Virus record (IMG/VR): IMGVR_UViG_3300033984_000165 | Span: 1-38,108 of that record | Reading direction: 5' to 3' (one strand) | Source: a virus | Lineage: Duplodnaviria > Caudoviricetes | Length of the DNA: 38,108 nt | Shown: piece after piece, positions 1-10,430 of the stretch | Layout of the letters: every line of letters begins with the position of its first letter | Position numbering within the stretch: position 1 is the stretch's first letter | Notes under the pieces: generated by a model | The model's input: only the letters and a program-made list of their open reading frames with translations | The model's database searches: none | Told to the model about the DNA's origin: nothing | Position numbers and translations under genes: made by a program

Positions 1-517
1 AAACACATTAATTCAAAAATCACTTGAACATTATATTAATATGGCAGAACGCAGAATTGATATGATAGATAAACGTATGGATAGGATGTCTACACAAGCT
101 GACTTCTTACGTGAAAAAGCAGTAGCAGGGAATATTCAAGCACAAGAATCACTTGCTGTAATTGATAAACAAGAAATAGAAGCGCAAAAAGAACGGATGA
201 ATGAGCAAAGGTCAATACAAAGACTGCAAATAGCAATGACTGTATTTCAAGCGTATTCTAACAACATTCAGAATGCTAAGGTTGGTGAAAATCCATTTAC
301 AAAAACACTTACTGATATTACATTATTAAGTCAAGTGATAGCAAGCATACCTACATTTATTGATGGTACTGAAACAAATATTGCTAGTGCTTTAGGTAAA
401 CCACAACTACAAGGTCAAGATGGTTATTTAGTTCGTGTAGATGGTTCAGAAAAAGTACTTAATCCACAACTTTCAGCAATGACTGGTAACATGACTACAA
501 TGGAAATTGCTAAATTA
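1..517 (+). repeat. Imperfect terminal direct repeat, left copy (circular overlap)
   Basis: Aligns without gaps to 37592-38108. About 40 mismatches by hand count, all within bases 1-407; the last ~110 bp are identical. Confidence 0.95.
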
Positions 518-754
518 GCAGAGGATTTCCGTAGAGGTGATATTATGCGTAAAGGTGAAGGTGCAATGCAATTAAATGTTGGTTCATGGGGAACGGATAT
601 GATTATCTCTGAATTACAAGACTTAAAAAATGTAATTAAAAACAAACCAGAGAACCAAGTAGAAGTAGCTGAAATATTAAATGGTGTAATGCACATTGTA
701 GAAACTAAGAAATCTGGTAATACAAAAGTTCGTAACATTTCAAGATTCTCTTAA
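2..754 (+). CDS. Tape measure protein, C-terminal part (5'-truncated by the window; allele of the ORF starting at 34737)
   Basis: The frame is open from base 2. Bases 1-517 align with 37592-38108, which lie in the 34737 tape-measure frame. Confidence 0.9.
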   Translation, partial: NTLIQKSLEHYINMAERRIDMIDKRMDRMSTQADFLREKAVAGNIQAQESLAVIDKQEIEAQKERMNEQRSIQRLQIAMTVFQAYSNNIQNAKVGENPFTKTLTDITLLSQVIASIPTFIDGTETNIASALGKPQLQGQDGYLVRVDGSEKVLNPQLSAMTGNMTTMEIAKLAEDFRRGDIMRKGEGAMQLNVGSWGTDMIISELQDLKNVIKNKPENQVEVAEILNGVMHIVETKKSGNTKVRNISRFS

Positions 755-764
755 ATAAAATATT

Positions 765-2477
765 ATGAAGCATAAAATAAAAGGACAAGAAATATCTCCA
801 GATAATAGATTCGATATTGGTGTTTCTATTGATTTTGACGCACGTATAGACCAACAAAAGATTACTACTGATACAGTTGTACTTTCAAGAGAGGGAAATA
901 AGATTGTAAAAGACCATATTAGTCAAGGTAAACTATTGGAAGGAATACCATATGAAATTGAGTTTGCACAACAATCTATTGAATACTTTATAGATTTAAC
1001 TAGCGAATTAAAGATATACGATAACAAAGTACACGTTACACTTAAAAACTATTTAGGACACGACCAATTCTTTGATAAAGCAGAAACTTTAATATGGGAT
1101 TTAGTTAATTTATCTAATCCAATTACTGGTATTGATATAAAGTATCAGATATTACCACAAGATGCTAATGCACGTGCTTTAATGGCTTCGTTAGGTTTAT
1201 TTACTATTTCTATAACTTTAGCACAACAAGCTAGAGAGGTAAGAGACAGAGCATCAGACCTTGGATTTTTAACAATACCTTTTATTGGTATTTCAGCAGT
1301 AGGACCAGTAATTAGTCCAGATTACAAAAGCATACTTATAGCGGCTGGAAGGCTGATTGTTGCATTAGCTTATACAGCAATATTAGTATATCAAGCAGTT
1401 GTTTTAGGTACTGAAATATATAGATTATTAAATCCACCATTAAACACTTTAAAAGCAAGTACAGCAATAGACTTACTTAAAAAAGGTTGTAATCACTTAG
1501 GATTTAAATTCCAATCCTCAATATTAGAAGGTGATTATAAAGACATGGTAATACTTCCAATTCCACAGAATAGAACAAATGTAAAGTGGTATGATGTATT
1601 CTCTGGCGATTTTGGTACTGGATTAAACAAAGCGTTTCCACAAGCAAGTGATACAGTTGGCACTTTAGGTGCTTTAATCTACGCAATGGAAAATATGTTT
1701 AATGCTAAGACTAAAGTTCAAAATGGTGTTGTGCAATTAGAAAGATGGGATTATTGGGGTGTAAATGCTAACCAACAATTATCGTCTTCACTTGTAGTTC
1801 AAGCAGATAGAGTTAATGCCTTCGAGTATGACTTTAGCAAACTATTTAAAAGATACTACATACATTATTTAACTGACTATTCCGATTATAATACACTTGA
1901 TGCTTTTGAGAATAACTTAGCAGAATATTCATTAGATACAACTAAACCTACCGACCCTAAATTAAACCTTATAAAAGGACTTCAAGAAAAAACGATACCA
2001 TTTGCTCTAGCTAAGAGAAAAGATAAGCTAACGTGGTTAGAAAAGCAATTCTTAGGGTTATACAAGGCTATAGACAAACTATCACTTGGTAAAACTGGAC
2101 TTGTTGCTAAGAAAAACAAATATGGTGCAATACAAATAACAGATGCGTTCTTTTCCACTACTAAAATATTTATGTGGGATAAAGCATTTGGTGTTAGGCA
2201 AAATCAAGAAGTTCTTACACCTACATATCTTTGGAATAAGTTTCATTACATTAACAATCCAGAAGTATATCAATACATAATTAAAAGAGGTGTTAAAATA
2301 AAAATAACTAGCACTGAATTTGTAGGTATTTTAAACAAAAACTTTGTACTTATTGATGGTAAACTATGTGAAATTACTAAGATTGATTATTTTGATGAAA
2401 AGAATTATGCTGTAATTGATTACAAAGAACCTTATAATGTGTTTACAAATCAATTTAAGTTAACAAAAATATATTAA
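765..2477 (+). CDS. Putative tail tip/baseplate-region virion protein with internal hydrophobic helices
   Basis: 570 aa, directly after the tape measure gene; hydrophobic segments such as ALMASLGLFTISITLA and ILIAAGRLIVALAYTAILVYQAVVLG. Confidence 0.6.
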   Translation: MKHKIKGQEISPDNRFDIGVSIDFDARIDQQKITTDTVVLSREGNKIVKDHISQGKLLEGIPYEIEFAQQSIEYFIDLTSELKIYDNKVHVTLKNYLGHDQFFDKAETLIWDLVNLSNPITGIDIKYQILPQDANARALMASLGLFTISITLAQQAREVRDRASDLGFLTIPFIGISAVGPVISPDYKSILIAAGRLIVALAYTAILVYQAVVLGTEIYRLLNPPLNTLKASTAIDLLKKGCNHLGFKFQSSILEGDYKDMVILPIPQNRTNVKWYDVFSGDFGTGLNKAFPQASDTVGTLGALIYAMENMFNAKTKVQNGVVQLERWDYWGVNANQQLSSSLVVQADRVNAFEYDFSKLFKRYYIHYLTDYSDYNTLDAFENNLAEYSLDTTKPTDPKLNLIKGLQEKTIPFALAKRKDKLTWLEKQFLGLYKAIDKLSLGKTGLVAKKNKYGAIQITDAFFSTTKIFMWDKAFGVRQNQEVLTPTYLWNKFHYINNPEVYQYIIKRGVKIKITSTEFVGILNKNFVLIDGKLCEITKIDYFDEKNYAVIDYKEPYNVFTNQFKLTKIY

Positions 2478-2482
2478 ATTTG
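2475..2482 (+). promoter_or_regulatory. Bacteroidota sigma-A -7 element TAAATTTG
   Basis: Matches TAnnTTTG, 4 nt before the ATG at 2487. Confidence 0.4.
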
Positions 2483-2486
2483 TTCT

Positions 2487-2714
2487 ATGAATACAGATAC
2501 TCTAGTACAACTTTCTAAAGAATTAGAAGTTATAACCAAAGAAGCTAAGGATAAGTTTGAATTGATGGCACTTAGCAATGAAATGAGTGACGAATACAAG
2601 TCAGTTATTGAAAGAGCAAAGGAAATGTGTTCCGAGTTGCAAGTGGCAATGGATACTAAGGATATTAATAAAATGAATAAAATATTAGAAGATGCCAATA
2701 AAATTAGTATCTAA
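2487..2714 (+). CDS. Small helical hypothetical protein
   Basis: 75 aa ORF filling the gap between two structural genes; overlaps the next start. Confidence 0.65.
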   Translation: MNTDTLVQLSKELEVITKEAKDKFELMALSNEMSDEYKSVIERAKEMCSELQVAMDTKDINKMNKILEDANKISI

Positions 2715-4974
2715 GTTATACACAGACATTTATGGTAACTCTAGTAGCAACTATAAAGCAAATGCTGGAGATAAAATTATTTCTAAGCTAACAATAAGTT
2801 CTGATATTTATGTTCGTTCTGGAAATCAAAATCAAATGTCTTTTGACAAACTTGATGGTGTATTAAAACAAACTCAGGGTGATTTTTTAGAGTTAGGATT
2901 TAGAAAAGGAATGGTTATTAGTTGGAAGCACGTAAATGATTCAAACGTAGTTACTTTCGATACGAGTTCTACAATTGAAGAAATTAGTCCTTTATTGATT
3001 CGTTTGAGTGGTGGATTGCCAAGTGTAAATCATTTAAGTTCTAATGATTCTATTTGGGTAATATATAGCAATTCTACTCACGATGAAATCAATTTAAGTT
3101 TAAACTTTACCGACATTGAAAATCCTACTTCTACACCAGATAGTTTAATTGATGGTGAGGTTAGTAGGTTTTCTTATCAAGGACTTACAGCATTATCAGT
3201 AAGTTCTACAGCTAATTTAACACAATTAGGGAAGAAATCAGGACAATTTGCAATAACAAACACTACGATTAAGCGTTTAGCTGATTCTACTAACGTATAT
3301 GTAACTGGTAGAAGTGTTAGAAACTATGAAGTTTCATTTACTACAATATTCTCTGGAATGTTGTTTGAAAGTATGTTTGTAGGTAATAAATGCCTTAAAC
3401 AATTTGCTCAACTAGATTTTAGAGTAGTTTCATCTGAAACAATTAAGCCTACTACAATATCTATAGATGATGATTGTGATACTGGATGGTTTAATGAGTC
3501 ATATAACACAGAAATTCCAAAGGTATTATCGGCTAGTAGTAACATTACTAAGTTATATTATAATGACGTAACAAATGTTACAGTTACAATACAAGTTAAA
3601 GGTACTACTACTACACACCTTGAAATAGGTGGTGTTTATGAAACATTTGATGATAGTTATAATTTAAACAAGGCAGAAGACCAAAGTGATAAATTATGTT
3701 TATTAAAAACTGGTTTAATTAACGCTTTAAGTTTTGGAAATTTCTTTTCATCTGGAAGTGAAAATTATGTAATAAATTTAGATACTTTTTCTTACGTTGA
3801 TTCTGGTGGTAATAGAACATTCACTATTGGATTTGCTTTTTACCCACAGAATTTTGGAGCATTTATTGAAGGCAGAGGTGATTCCGACAGACAATTTTAT
3901 TTGTGGGTAAAAGCTGAAAACTACAATTATCTTGTTTTTGGTGGTGATTTAGAATATAAATATGAGGTAGGTGAATTAATAACACCATACACAAACATTG
4001 TATTCAATCACTCTTACAATTTAGATTATTCAGACCTTACAACACCTATTCAATGTAACGATATAAATATAGAGGATGATTTGGGGTTCATAGCTGACTT
4101 TGATTTATTTGAATCTAACGAAAACTCACTTGTTAAATCAAGTATAATTGTAAGAAATTCTCTTACTAACTATGAATTTGTATTAGATTCTATTGAATTT
4201 GACATATCACAACAAGTTTTAGATTACTGGATAGACCAAACATTACCGTTAAATAACAATCTACCTCAAAGTTCTACAAAGAAAATAGCTTACTTAATGC
4301 AAAAAGTAAATGATGGCGATGTGTTAACAGTTAGATTATACTATCCATTTTTAATTAATTGGACTTACTGGCAAAAACTAGTAAACACACACCCTTACTT
4401 TGTATCTCAAAATATTAGTAACAATGATTGGTTTAATTTTCAAGTTGCACCATGGTCTTTAAAGATAAAAACAGAGATTGTTCGTAATGGTAAAACAGAT
4501 TGGTTTTATAAAAATATATCAATTAAAGACTATAACGATAGTTCAGTAGTGTCTACTATATCTTTGTTTGAATATCCTGCAATGACTGCATTAAACAGCC
4601 TTAAAGAGGATAAACAAATACTTATTAGAGCAACACATGTAGCACCTTCTGCATGGTTAACTGATATTTATGCTCAAATAACTATTGAGCCTAAAGAAAG
4701 TTCTCCAAGATGGGTAATGTCTACTGAAATAGATACTAATACAGACAATGTAAATCCTTTGTATGGTATTAACGATAATAAACTAACTATTAGTGGATTA
4801 GGAACTACTACTATTGTTTTTGAATGTTTATTAGACATGACTAAGGTTACTTCTCCTAATTTATGTATTACTTCAAAAATAAGTGATGATTCAGCACAAA
4901 GTGGAGATTTATTTATATATACGACTGGAATTGGAGTTTCTAACACAAATAGTATTAATTTTATAACAGCATAA
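2692..4974 (+). CDS. Large beta-rich virion structural protein (tail/baseplate)
   Basis: 760 aa, rich in S/T/N/D and aromatic residues, located in the tail module. Confidence 0.6.
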   Translation: MPIKLVSKLYTDIYGNSSSNYKANAGDKIISKLTISSDIYVRSGNQNQMSFDKLDGVLKQTQGDFLELGFRKGMVISWKHVNDSNVVTFDTSSTIEEISPLLIRLSGGLPSVNHLSSNDSIWVIYSNSTHDEINLSLNFTDIENPTSTPDSLIDGEVSRFSYQGLTALSVSSTANLTQLGKKSGQFAITNTTIKRLADSTNVYVTGRSVRNYEVSFTTIFSGMLFESMFVGNKCLKQFAQLDFRVVSSETIKPTTISIDDDCDTGWFNESYNTEIPKVLSASSNITKLYYNDVTNVTVTIQVKGTTTTHLEIGGVYETFDDSYNLNKAEDQSDKLCLLKTGLINALSFGNFFSSGSENYVINLDTFSYVDSGGNRTFTIGFAFYPQNFGAFIEGRGDSDRQFYLWVKAENYNYLVFGGDLEYKYEVGELITPYTNIVFNHSYNLDYSDLTTPIQCNDINIEDDLGFIADFDLFESNENSLVKSSIIVRNSLTNYEFVLDSIEFDISQQVLDYWIDQTLPLNNNLPQSSTKKIAYLMQKVNDGDVLTVRLYYPFLINWTYWQKLVNTHPYFVSQNISNNDWFNFQVAPWSLKIKTEIVRNGKTDWFYKNISIKDYNDSSVVSTISLFEYPAMTALNSLKEDKQILIRATHVAPSAWLTDIYAQITIEPKESSPRWVMSTEIDTNTDNVNPLYGINDNKLTISGLGTTTIVFECLLDMTKVTSPNLCITSKISDDSAQSGDLFIYTTGIGVSNTNSINFITA

Positions 4975-4981
4975 TAAAGAT

Positions 4982-6007
4982 ATGAGTGAACAACTAAAAC
5001 AGCAAACATTATATAATGTTTCCGAAGCAAATACTAAGAACCTTATTTGGGTTGACGTTTACGTAAGTGGTACAGAAGGTTCATCTGGAACTTACGCTTC
5101 ACGTAGAATGACTAAGGCACAGCTAATAACTTTCCTTAATAGTAATTTAAGTGTTGCTTGGTCGACAATAGCAAGTAAACCTACTACAGTTGCTGGGTTT
5201 GGTATTACAGATGCTGTAGATACATTAGGTTTAACTGCAAATTATGTAACTAAAGCTAGTGATTCAAATACTTTAACAGACTCAACTATTCGTGATAATG
5301 GAACTGTAGCTATTAATGTAGCACCAAGGACTGATGCTATACTTTACATTGATGAAAAAACTAATAGAACTCCATTATACGTTACTAATACAAGTACAGG
5401 TGGTAGTACTGGTAACTCTAGTGGTGGTTCATTTATAAATGAAGCTGTAAATGCTTATGAAAATTATGGATTAGGTTCAGTAACTTCTGGAAGTACATTA
5501 AAAAATGTTGCTGTAAGTGGGCGTTCACTTTCTGTAGCAGGAAGTGTAGAAACTATAGGTGGTGTATTTTCAGCGGAAGGTTCATCTACTGCAAAATATG
5601 CTGTTCAATTAAAAGATGGAACTCAATCAGCTGGTAAATTTCTTAAATGTTTAGATTCTGATGGTAGAGCAAATTGGGCTGATATTGTTGTGAATCCAAG
5701 AGTTCAAACAGTTGCAAGTTCGGCTACAGTTACGCCTACATCTGCAAATGACTTAGTAACTATTACGGCACAAGCGGTTGGACTTACACTTGCTAATCCT
5801 ACTGGTAGTTTTGTAGAAGGTCAAGCGTTAATGATTAGAATAAAAGATAATGGTACAGCAAGAACAATTGCTTTTGGTGCTGATTATAGAGCAATAGGTA
5901 TTACTTTACCTACTACTACTGTGTTGAGTAAAACACTTTATCTTGGAATTATTTACAATTCTACGGATGCAAAATTTGATATTGTTGGACTTAATCAGCA
6001 AGCATAA
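4982..6007 (+). CDS. Putative tail fibre protein
   Basis: S/T/G/A-rich; carries the fibre-like motif WSTIASKPTTVAGFGITDA and a beta-rich C-terminal domain. Confidence 0.65.
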   Translation: MSEQLKQQTLYNVSEANTKNLIWVDVYVSGTEGSSGTYASRRMTKAQLITFLNSNLSVAWSTIASKPTTVAGFGITDAVDTLGLTANYVTKASDSNTLTDSTIRDNGTVAINVAPRTDAILYIDEKTNRTPLYVTNTSTGGSTGNSSGGSFINEAVNAYENYGLGSVTSGSTLKNVAVSGRSLSVAGSVETIGGVFSAEGSSTAKYAVQLKDGTQSAGKFLKCLDSDGRANWADIVVNPRVQTVASSATVTPTSANDLVTITAQAVGLTLANPTGSFVEGQALMIRIKDNGTARTIAFGADYRAIGITLPTTTVLSKTLYLGIIYNSTDAKFDIVGLNQQA

Positions 6008-6732
6008 TGAATTATTATAGTTTAATAAGTTCAATGAATAAGATTGTTCCTTCTACTTTAATGAATAATTTAATAGCTGTTTATAAAGCTGAATCAAATG
6101 CAAATGATTCATTAGGTAATTATAACGGAACGCCAGTAGGAGGATTAACTTATACAGCTGGTAAAAGTGGAAATGCTTTTACTTTTAATGGGACAACGGC
6201 TTATGTAGATATGGGAGACGTCATGGATGTTGGCATAAATAGCTGGACTTATTCTTTTTGGTTTAATGCAAATTCTATAACTGATTACACTTCTCTTTTT
6301 TCTAAAATGTTAGCTGGAAGTAGCCAAGGAAGAATTATTTCTTTTTTTGAATTTGGAAAATTAGTTTTCTTTTTTCAACCTGAAACAAGTATAAACGCAC
6401 AAGTAGCTAGTACTACCACGATAAGCACAAATACTTGGTATCATGTTACGCTTGTTTTGGATAGACTTGATAAACTTAAAATATATTTAAACGGAACATT
6501 AAACAATGGCACTGCTTCAAATAATAATTTAGTGCCATTTGTAGTATCTAACTATAACACTAACCATCCGTTTAGAATTGGGGCGCAGACAGCTGGGAAT
6601 AATGTTGACCCTATTGCTTTTTTAAATGGTAAAATTGACGAGTTTAATGTATGGAATAGAGTATTAACAACAACGGAAATAACTGAATTATATAACGCTG
6701 GAACAGGCAAATTTTATCCTTATTATTTATGA
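6007..6732 (+). CDS. LamG/concanavalin A-like lectin domain protein (putative receptor binding)
   Basis: Motifs GKSGNAFTFNG, WTYSFWFN, NTWYHVTLV, KIYLNG and GKIDEFNVWNRVLTTTEITELYN are typical of Laminin_G_3 domains. Confidence 0.9.
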   Translation: MNYYSLISSMNKIVPSTLMNNLIAVYKAESNANDSLGNYNGTPVGGLTYTAGKSGNAFTFNGTTAYVDMGDVMDVGINSWTYSFWFNANSITDYTSLFSKMLAGSSQGRIISFFEFGKLVFFFQPETSINAQVASTTTISTNTWYHVTLVLDRLDKLKIYLNGTLNNGTASNNNLVPFVVSNYNTNHPFRIGAQTAGNNVDPIAFLNGKIDEFNVWNRVLTTTEITELYNAGTGKFYPYYL

Positions 6733-6962
6733 CTAAAGTAAGACAATTAACACTAGAGCAAAAGAATATCCTTGTAGGTAAAGTATGGGGATACAACGGA
6801 CAATTATTTAATCCTATTTTAGATGCAGATGGTAAATGGTTTATATCTAACGAAGAAGTAAACGGATGTACTTTGCAACAAGCGGAATCCATTCCATGTG
6901 ATTCATGGTTGTTGACGTTACCCGAAATTGATTATAATCCTATTGTAACCGAGTTTGTATAA
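6729..6962 (+). CDS. Small hypothetical protein coupled to the LamG gene (possible fibre chaperone)
   Basis: 77 aa; start overlaps the upstream stop (ATGA). Confidence 0.7.
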   Translation: MTKVRQLTLEQKNILVGKVWGYNGQLFNPILDADGKWFISNEEVNGCTLQQAESIPCDSWLLTLPEIDYNPIVTEFV

Positions 6963-8728
6963 TGAAAATTTTTGTAAAAGGCAACTTCTTCACTTATATT
7001 GATGCAAACAGCTTAGTTTGGATTGATAACTGCGAAAACGCATTAGTATATAAAAATGATACTGAATCTAGTAATTATAATATAATACTAAAATCTTCGA
7101 ATACAAGGTTTACAGATATACCTTTTGCAAGTATTAACGATGAAACTAATACACCATACGCAACTCAAGCTATATTTGAAGACTACATATACCAAAACAC
7201 TGGAGTAAGGTTTCAACAGCCTTTAATTACGCTAGATGATTTAAACGATGTTGTTGTTTCAGCACCTTCTAACGGACAAGTAATTGAATATAATTCCACT
7301 AGTGGTAAATGGGAAAATGTATCTCCTTCTGCATTAGGTGGGGATATGAATAAGTCTGTTTATGATACTGATAACGATGGTGTAGTAGATAGTTCAGAAA
7401 AGCTAGAATTTATCGGTAAAAACTCAACTGGAGTAACAATTGGTAAAACTAAGGTAGTTTATATTAGTGGTGCTACTGGACAAAAACCTAATATTACACT
7501 AGCAGATGCAAGTTTAGAGATTTCATCAAGTAAAACAATTGGTATAACTAGAAATTCAATTGCTAATAATACAGATGGATATGTTATAACACATGGAACA
7601 ATACATGACATAAATACTTCGGCTTTTGCAGATGGTGATGCTTTATGGCTATCCGAAACAGCAGGAGAGATAGTAAATATTGTACCTAACGAACCAGCAC
7701 ACTCTGTATTTATTGGTTACGTTGCTTATGCTCACCCATCGGCTGGTAAAATCATTCTACACATCCAAAATGGGTATGAATTAAATGAACTACATGGTGT
7801 TAGTGTTTCTAGTGAAGCAAATAACGATTTTTTAACTTACGAAACTTCTAGTGGTTTATGGAAGAATAAACAAATAAATAGTTCTTCGGTTGGTTTAGGT
7901 AATGTTCCAAATGTAGATGCTACAAACCCAGCAAACATCACTCAAACTTCAAGTTATAGATTTACTACGGATGCTGAAAAAGCATTATGGAATTCGGCTA
8001 ACTTTATTCCTTACATGAAAGGTAATGAAACTTTTAGAGGTGTAAATTACTCTAACAACTCAACTACAGAAGTTACTTCTGGTGGTATAACAATAGCTAA
8101 TACAGCTTCTATGATAGCACGTTCTGTTTCTTCTACTAATTACGCTACGGAACAAATACGTAAAGGATTTTATGGTTCGGTTGCTTCAGCAGGAAGGTAT
8201 ACTGGAAGTAGGGGTTCAGCATTATTGTTTTACCTTGGCGGTGGTTTTAAATATGTTTGTGATGTTTATATTTCAGATACAGCTTATGGTTCGGGATGCA
8301 GACAATTTTATGGAATGCAAGGTGCTACCACTGATTTAGCTTATTCAGATACTATTTTAGTTTCTTCACTTATAAATTGCATTGGAGTAGGTTCAGATTC
8401 TGCAGATGCAAACTTGCAAATTTTCCATAATGACGGAACTGGAACAGCTACAAAGATTGATTTAGGTGCTAACTTCCCTGCAAATAGAACAGCTGGTTCA
8501 GCTTTAACTACTGTATATGGAATAGAATTATTTAATGCTCCGAATAGTTCATCTGTATTGTATAGAGTTGTCAATAAGGAAACTGGTAATAGTGTGCAAG
8601 GTACTGTTTCTACAAATTTACCTTTAGGTACGCAAGGATTAAATTTCTTTGCTAGTAGATGTATGGGTGCTGGAGTAACTAATACTGGACAATTTGATTT
8701 ATTAATTTTAGGTGTTTATTCTTTATAA
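6962..8728 (+). CDS. Tail fibre/spike-like protein
   Basis: 588 aa; two fibre-type repeats (LDDLNDVVVSAPSNGQVIEYNSTSGKWEN and LNELHGVSVSSEANNDFLTYETSSGLWKN) plus VGLGNVPNVD. Confidence 0.75.
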   Translation: MKIFVKGNFFTYIDANSLVWIDNCENALVYKNDTESSNYNIILKSSNTRFTDIPFASINDETNTPYATQAIFEDYIYQNTGVRFQQPLITLDDLNDVVVSAPSNGQVIEYNSTSGKWENVSPSALGGDMNKSVYDTDNDGVVDSSEKLEFIGKNSTGVTIGKTKVVYISGATGQKPNITLADASLEISSSKTIGITRNSIANNTDGYVITHGTIHDINTSAFADGDALWLSETAGEIVNIVPNEPAHSVFIGYVAYAHPSAGKIILHIQNGYELNELHGVSVSSEANNDFLTYETSSGLWKNKQINSSSVGLGNVPNVDATNPANITQTSSYRFTTDAEKALWNSANFIPYMKGNETFRGVNYSNNSTTEVTSGGITIANTASMIARSVSSTNYATEQIRKGFYGSVASAGRYTGSRGSALLFYLGGGFKYVCDVYISDTAYGSGCRQFYGMQGATTDLAYSDTILVSSLINCIGVGSDSADANLQIFHNDGTGTATKIDLGANFPANRTAGSALTTVYGIELFNAPNSSSVLYRVVNKETGNSVQGTVSTNLPLGTQGLNFFASRCMGAGVTNTGQFDLLILGVYSL

Positions 8729-8730
8729 TT

Positions 8731-8910
8731 ATGTTTGAAGTAGAAATTAAAACAAAAAGAGTTGATGATGGTTCAATTTATTATGTTGTTATTCCAATAG
8801 GTGAGTTTTCAGAAAAACTTGAATTTGCTCAACATTTTGCAGATAAAACGGATGAAGAAGTTTTATTGATAGCTAAACCGATATTAAATGAAGGTTTGTT
8901 ATATTTGTAA
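8731..8910 (+). CDS. Small hypothetical protein, 59 aa (not in ORF track)
   Basis: ATG 2 nt after the fibre stop; MFEVEIKTKRVDDGSIYY...EGLLYL; stop lies 1 nt before the next ATG. Confidence 0.7.
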   Translation: MFEVEIKTKRVDDGSIYYVVIPIGEFSEKLEFAQHFADKTDEEVLLIAKPILNEGLLYL

Positions 8911-8911
8911 T

Positions 8912-9526
8912 ATGAATGAGTTAAAAAATATCCTTGAACAATTAAGACAGACAAAAACACTAGTAATTATTATTTTATTAATTGTGTTTATATTATTTTA
9001 TTATAAATCTTTAATTACCAATGTAGTAGAAAGAAAGATTGATAATACAGATGAAGTAAAAGAGGATATAAATAATAATGTATTAATTCAGCAAATGCTA
9101 AACGAATTGATGTTACGTTACAAAGCTGATAGGGCTTATGTATTTCAATTTCATAATACAATTAGATATTACGATGGTTCACATAGAAATCACCAGTCAA
9201 TGACTTTTGAAGTATGTGCAAATGGTATAAGTTCAGAAGCAAATGGATTGCAAAATTTAGCTGTTAGCTTATATCCAGTGTTTTTACAAGAAGTTATGTT
9301 AGAACGTATGCAATATAAAAATATTAGTAAAATAAAAGAAGAATCAACTAGAATTAATTTAAAAAAGCAAGGTATTAAAAGCATATTTACAGCACCTTAC
9401 TTTAAAGATGGTAAATTTGTAGCGTATCTAGGATTAGATTTTGTAAAAGAAGAAATGCAAAATGATTTTAACTATAATGAATTTAAGTCTTTTACAGATG
9501 AAATAGGAAATATTTTAGTACAATAA
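8912..9526 (+). CDS. Single-TM membrane protein with C-terminal GAF-like domain (architecture of T4 holin T)
   Basis: TM segment LVIIILLIVFILFYY; GAF-like motifs ADRAYVFQFHN and QGIKSIFTAPYFKDGKFVAYLGLDF. Start moved to ATG 8912 because of the upstream small ORF. Confidence 0.7.
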   Translation: MNELKNILEQLRQTKTLVIIILLIVFILFYYKSLITNVVERKIDNTDEVKEDINNNVLIQQMLNELMLRYKADRAYVFQFHNTIRYYDGSHRNHQSMTFEVCANGISSEANGLQNLAVSLYPVFLQEVMLERMQYKNISKIKEESTRINLKKQGIKSIFTAPYFKDGKFVAYLGLDFVKEEMQNDFNYNEFKSFTDEIGNILVQ

Positions 9527-9536
9527 ATTTAATTAT

Positions 9537-10430
9537 ATGCCAACTCCATTATACAATCGAACTAAACAATGTTTTCGTGTAATTCAAAAACGTAAAGAAA
9601 AAGCCACAGAAGTTTACGATGATTCACCAAAAGAATGTTGTGTTCCAGAACTTGTTTTAGCTTCTATTACAGAGCCTACTATCACATGGAAGAACGATAT
9701 TACTTCTGCATGGTTTAAATTAGATACTACAGCAGATACGATTGAATTTAAATTGTATAAACAAGTTAATGGTGTTGATGTTTTAGCTACTTATCAACCT
9801 ACTAAAACTCCAGTAGTTGTAAACCCTAACAACACTGACTTCTATGCAACTATTCCATGGAAAACAGTTTTATCTACAGATGGTGAAGGTTGTTATACTT
9901 ATAAATTATTATGGAATGTTAGTGGTTTAGCTGGAACTACTGAATGGGGTGAATATCAATTACTTACTTATTCTACTGATACAGCTAAAGGAACAATAAG
10001 ACTACGAGCAGTATTAAATCAATTTAACAACATTGAAAATATTGACTTTACCAATTCTAAAGTTCAAGATACTTTACGTTTAAACGGTTTCTTTGGCAAA
10101 CGTGAGCCTACATTTGTAGTTGACAATTTAGTATATCAAGATAGAAAGTCTTACAATGTACAACGTGAGATAATTAATAACTACACATTGTTTACTGACC
10201 CTATTAAACAAAAATATGCAGATAAGATTGTTGATTTGTATTTACTTTCAGAATTTGAACTTTACGCTTCCGACCACAATCCATTTAATTTCAGTAGTGA
10301 ATTTAAAGATACGGAACTTGTTGTTGAGGAATCACCGACATTAGAATACATAGATTTTACTAACTTTGTTAAAATAACAGCTAAGTTACAAGATAAGAAA
10401 AAAGATAAATTAACTAAATACAATGGCTAG
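9537..10430 (+). CDS. Putative virion structural protein
   Basis: 297 aa, beta-rich, in the late module. Confidence 0.55.
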   Translation: MPTPLYNRTKQCFRVIQKRKEKATEVYDDSPKECCVPELVLASITEPTITWKNDITSAWFKLDTTADTIEFKLYKQVNGVDVLATYQPTKTPVVVNPNNTDFYATIPWKTVLSTDGEGCYTYKLLWNVSGLAGTTEWGEYQLLTYSTDTAKGTIRLRAVLNQFNNIENIDFTNSKVQDTLRLNGFFGKREPTFVVDNLVYQDRKSYNVQREIINNYTLFTDPIKQKYADKIVDLYLLSEFELYASDHNPFNFSSEFKDTELVVEESPTLEYIDFTNFVKITAKLQDKKKDKLTKYNG

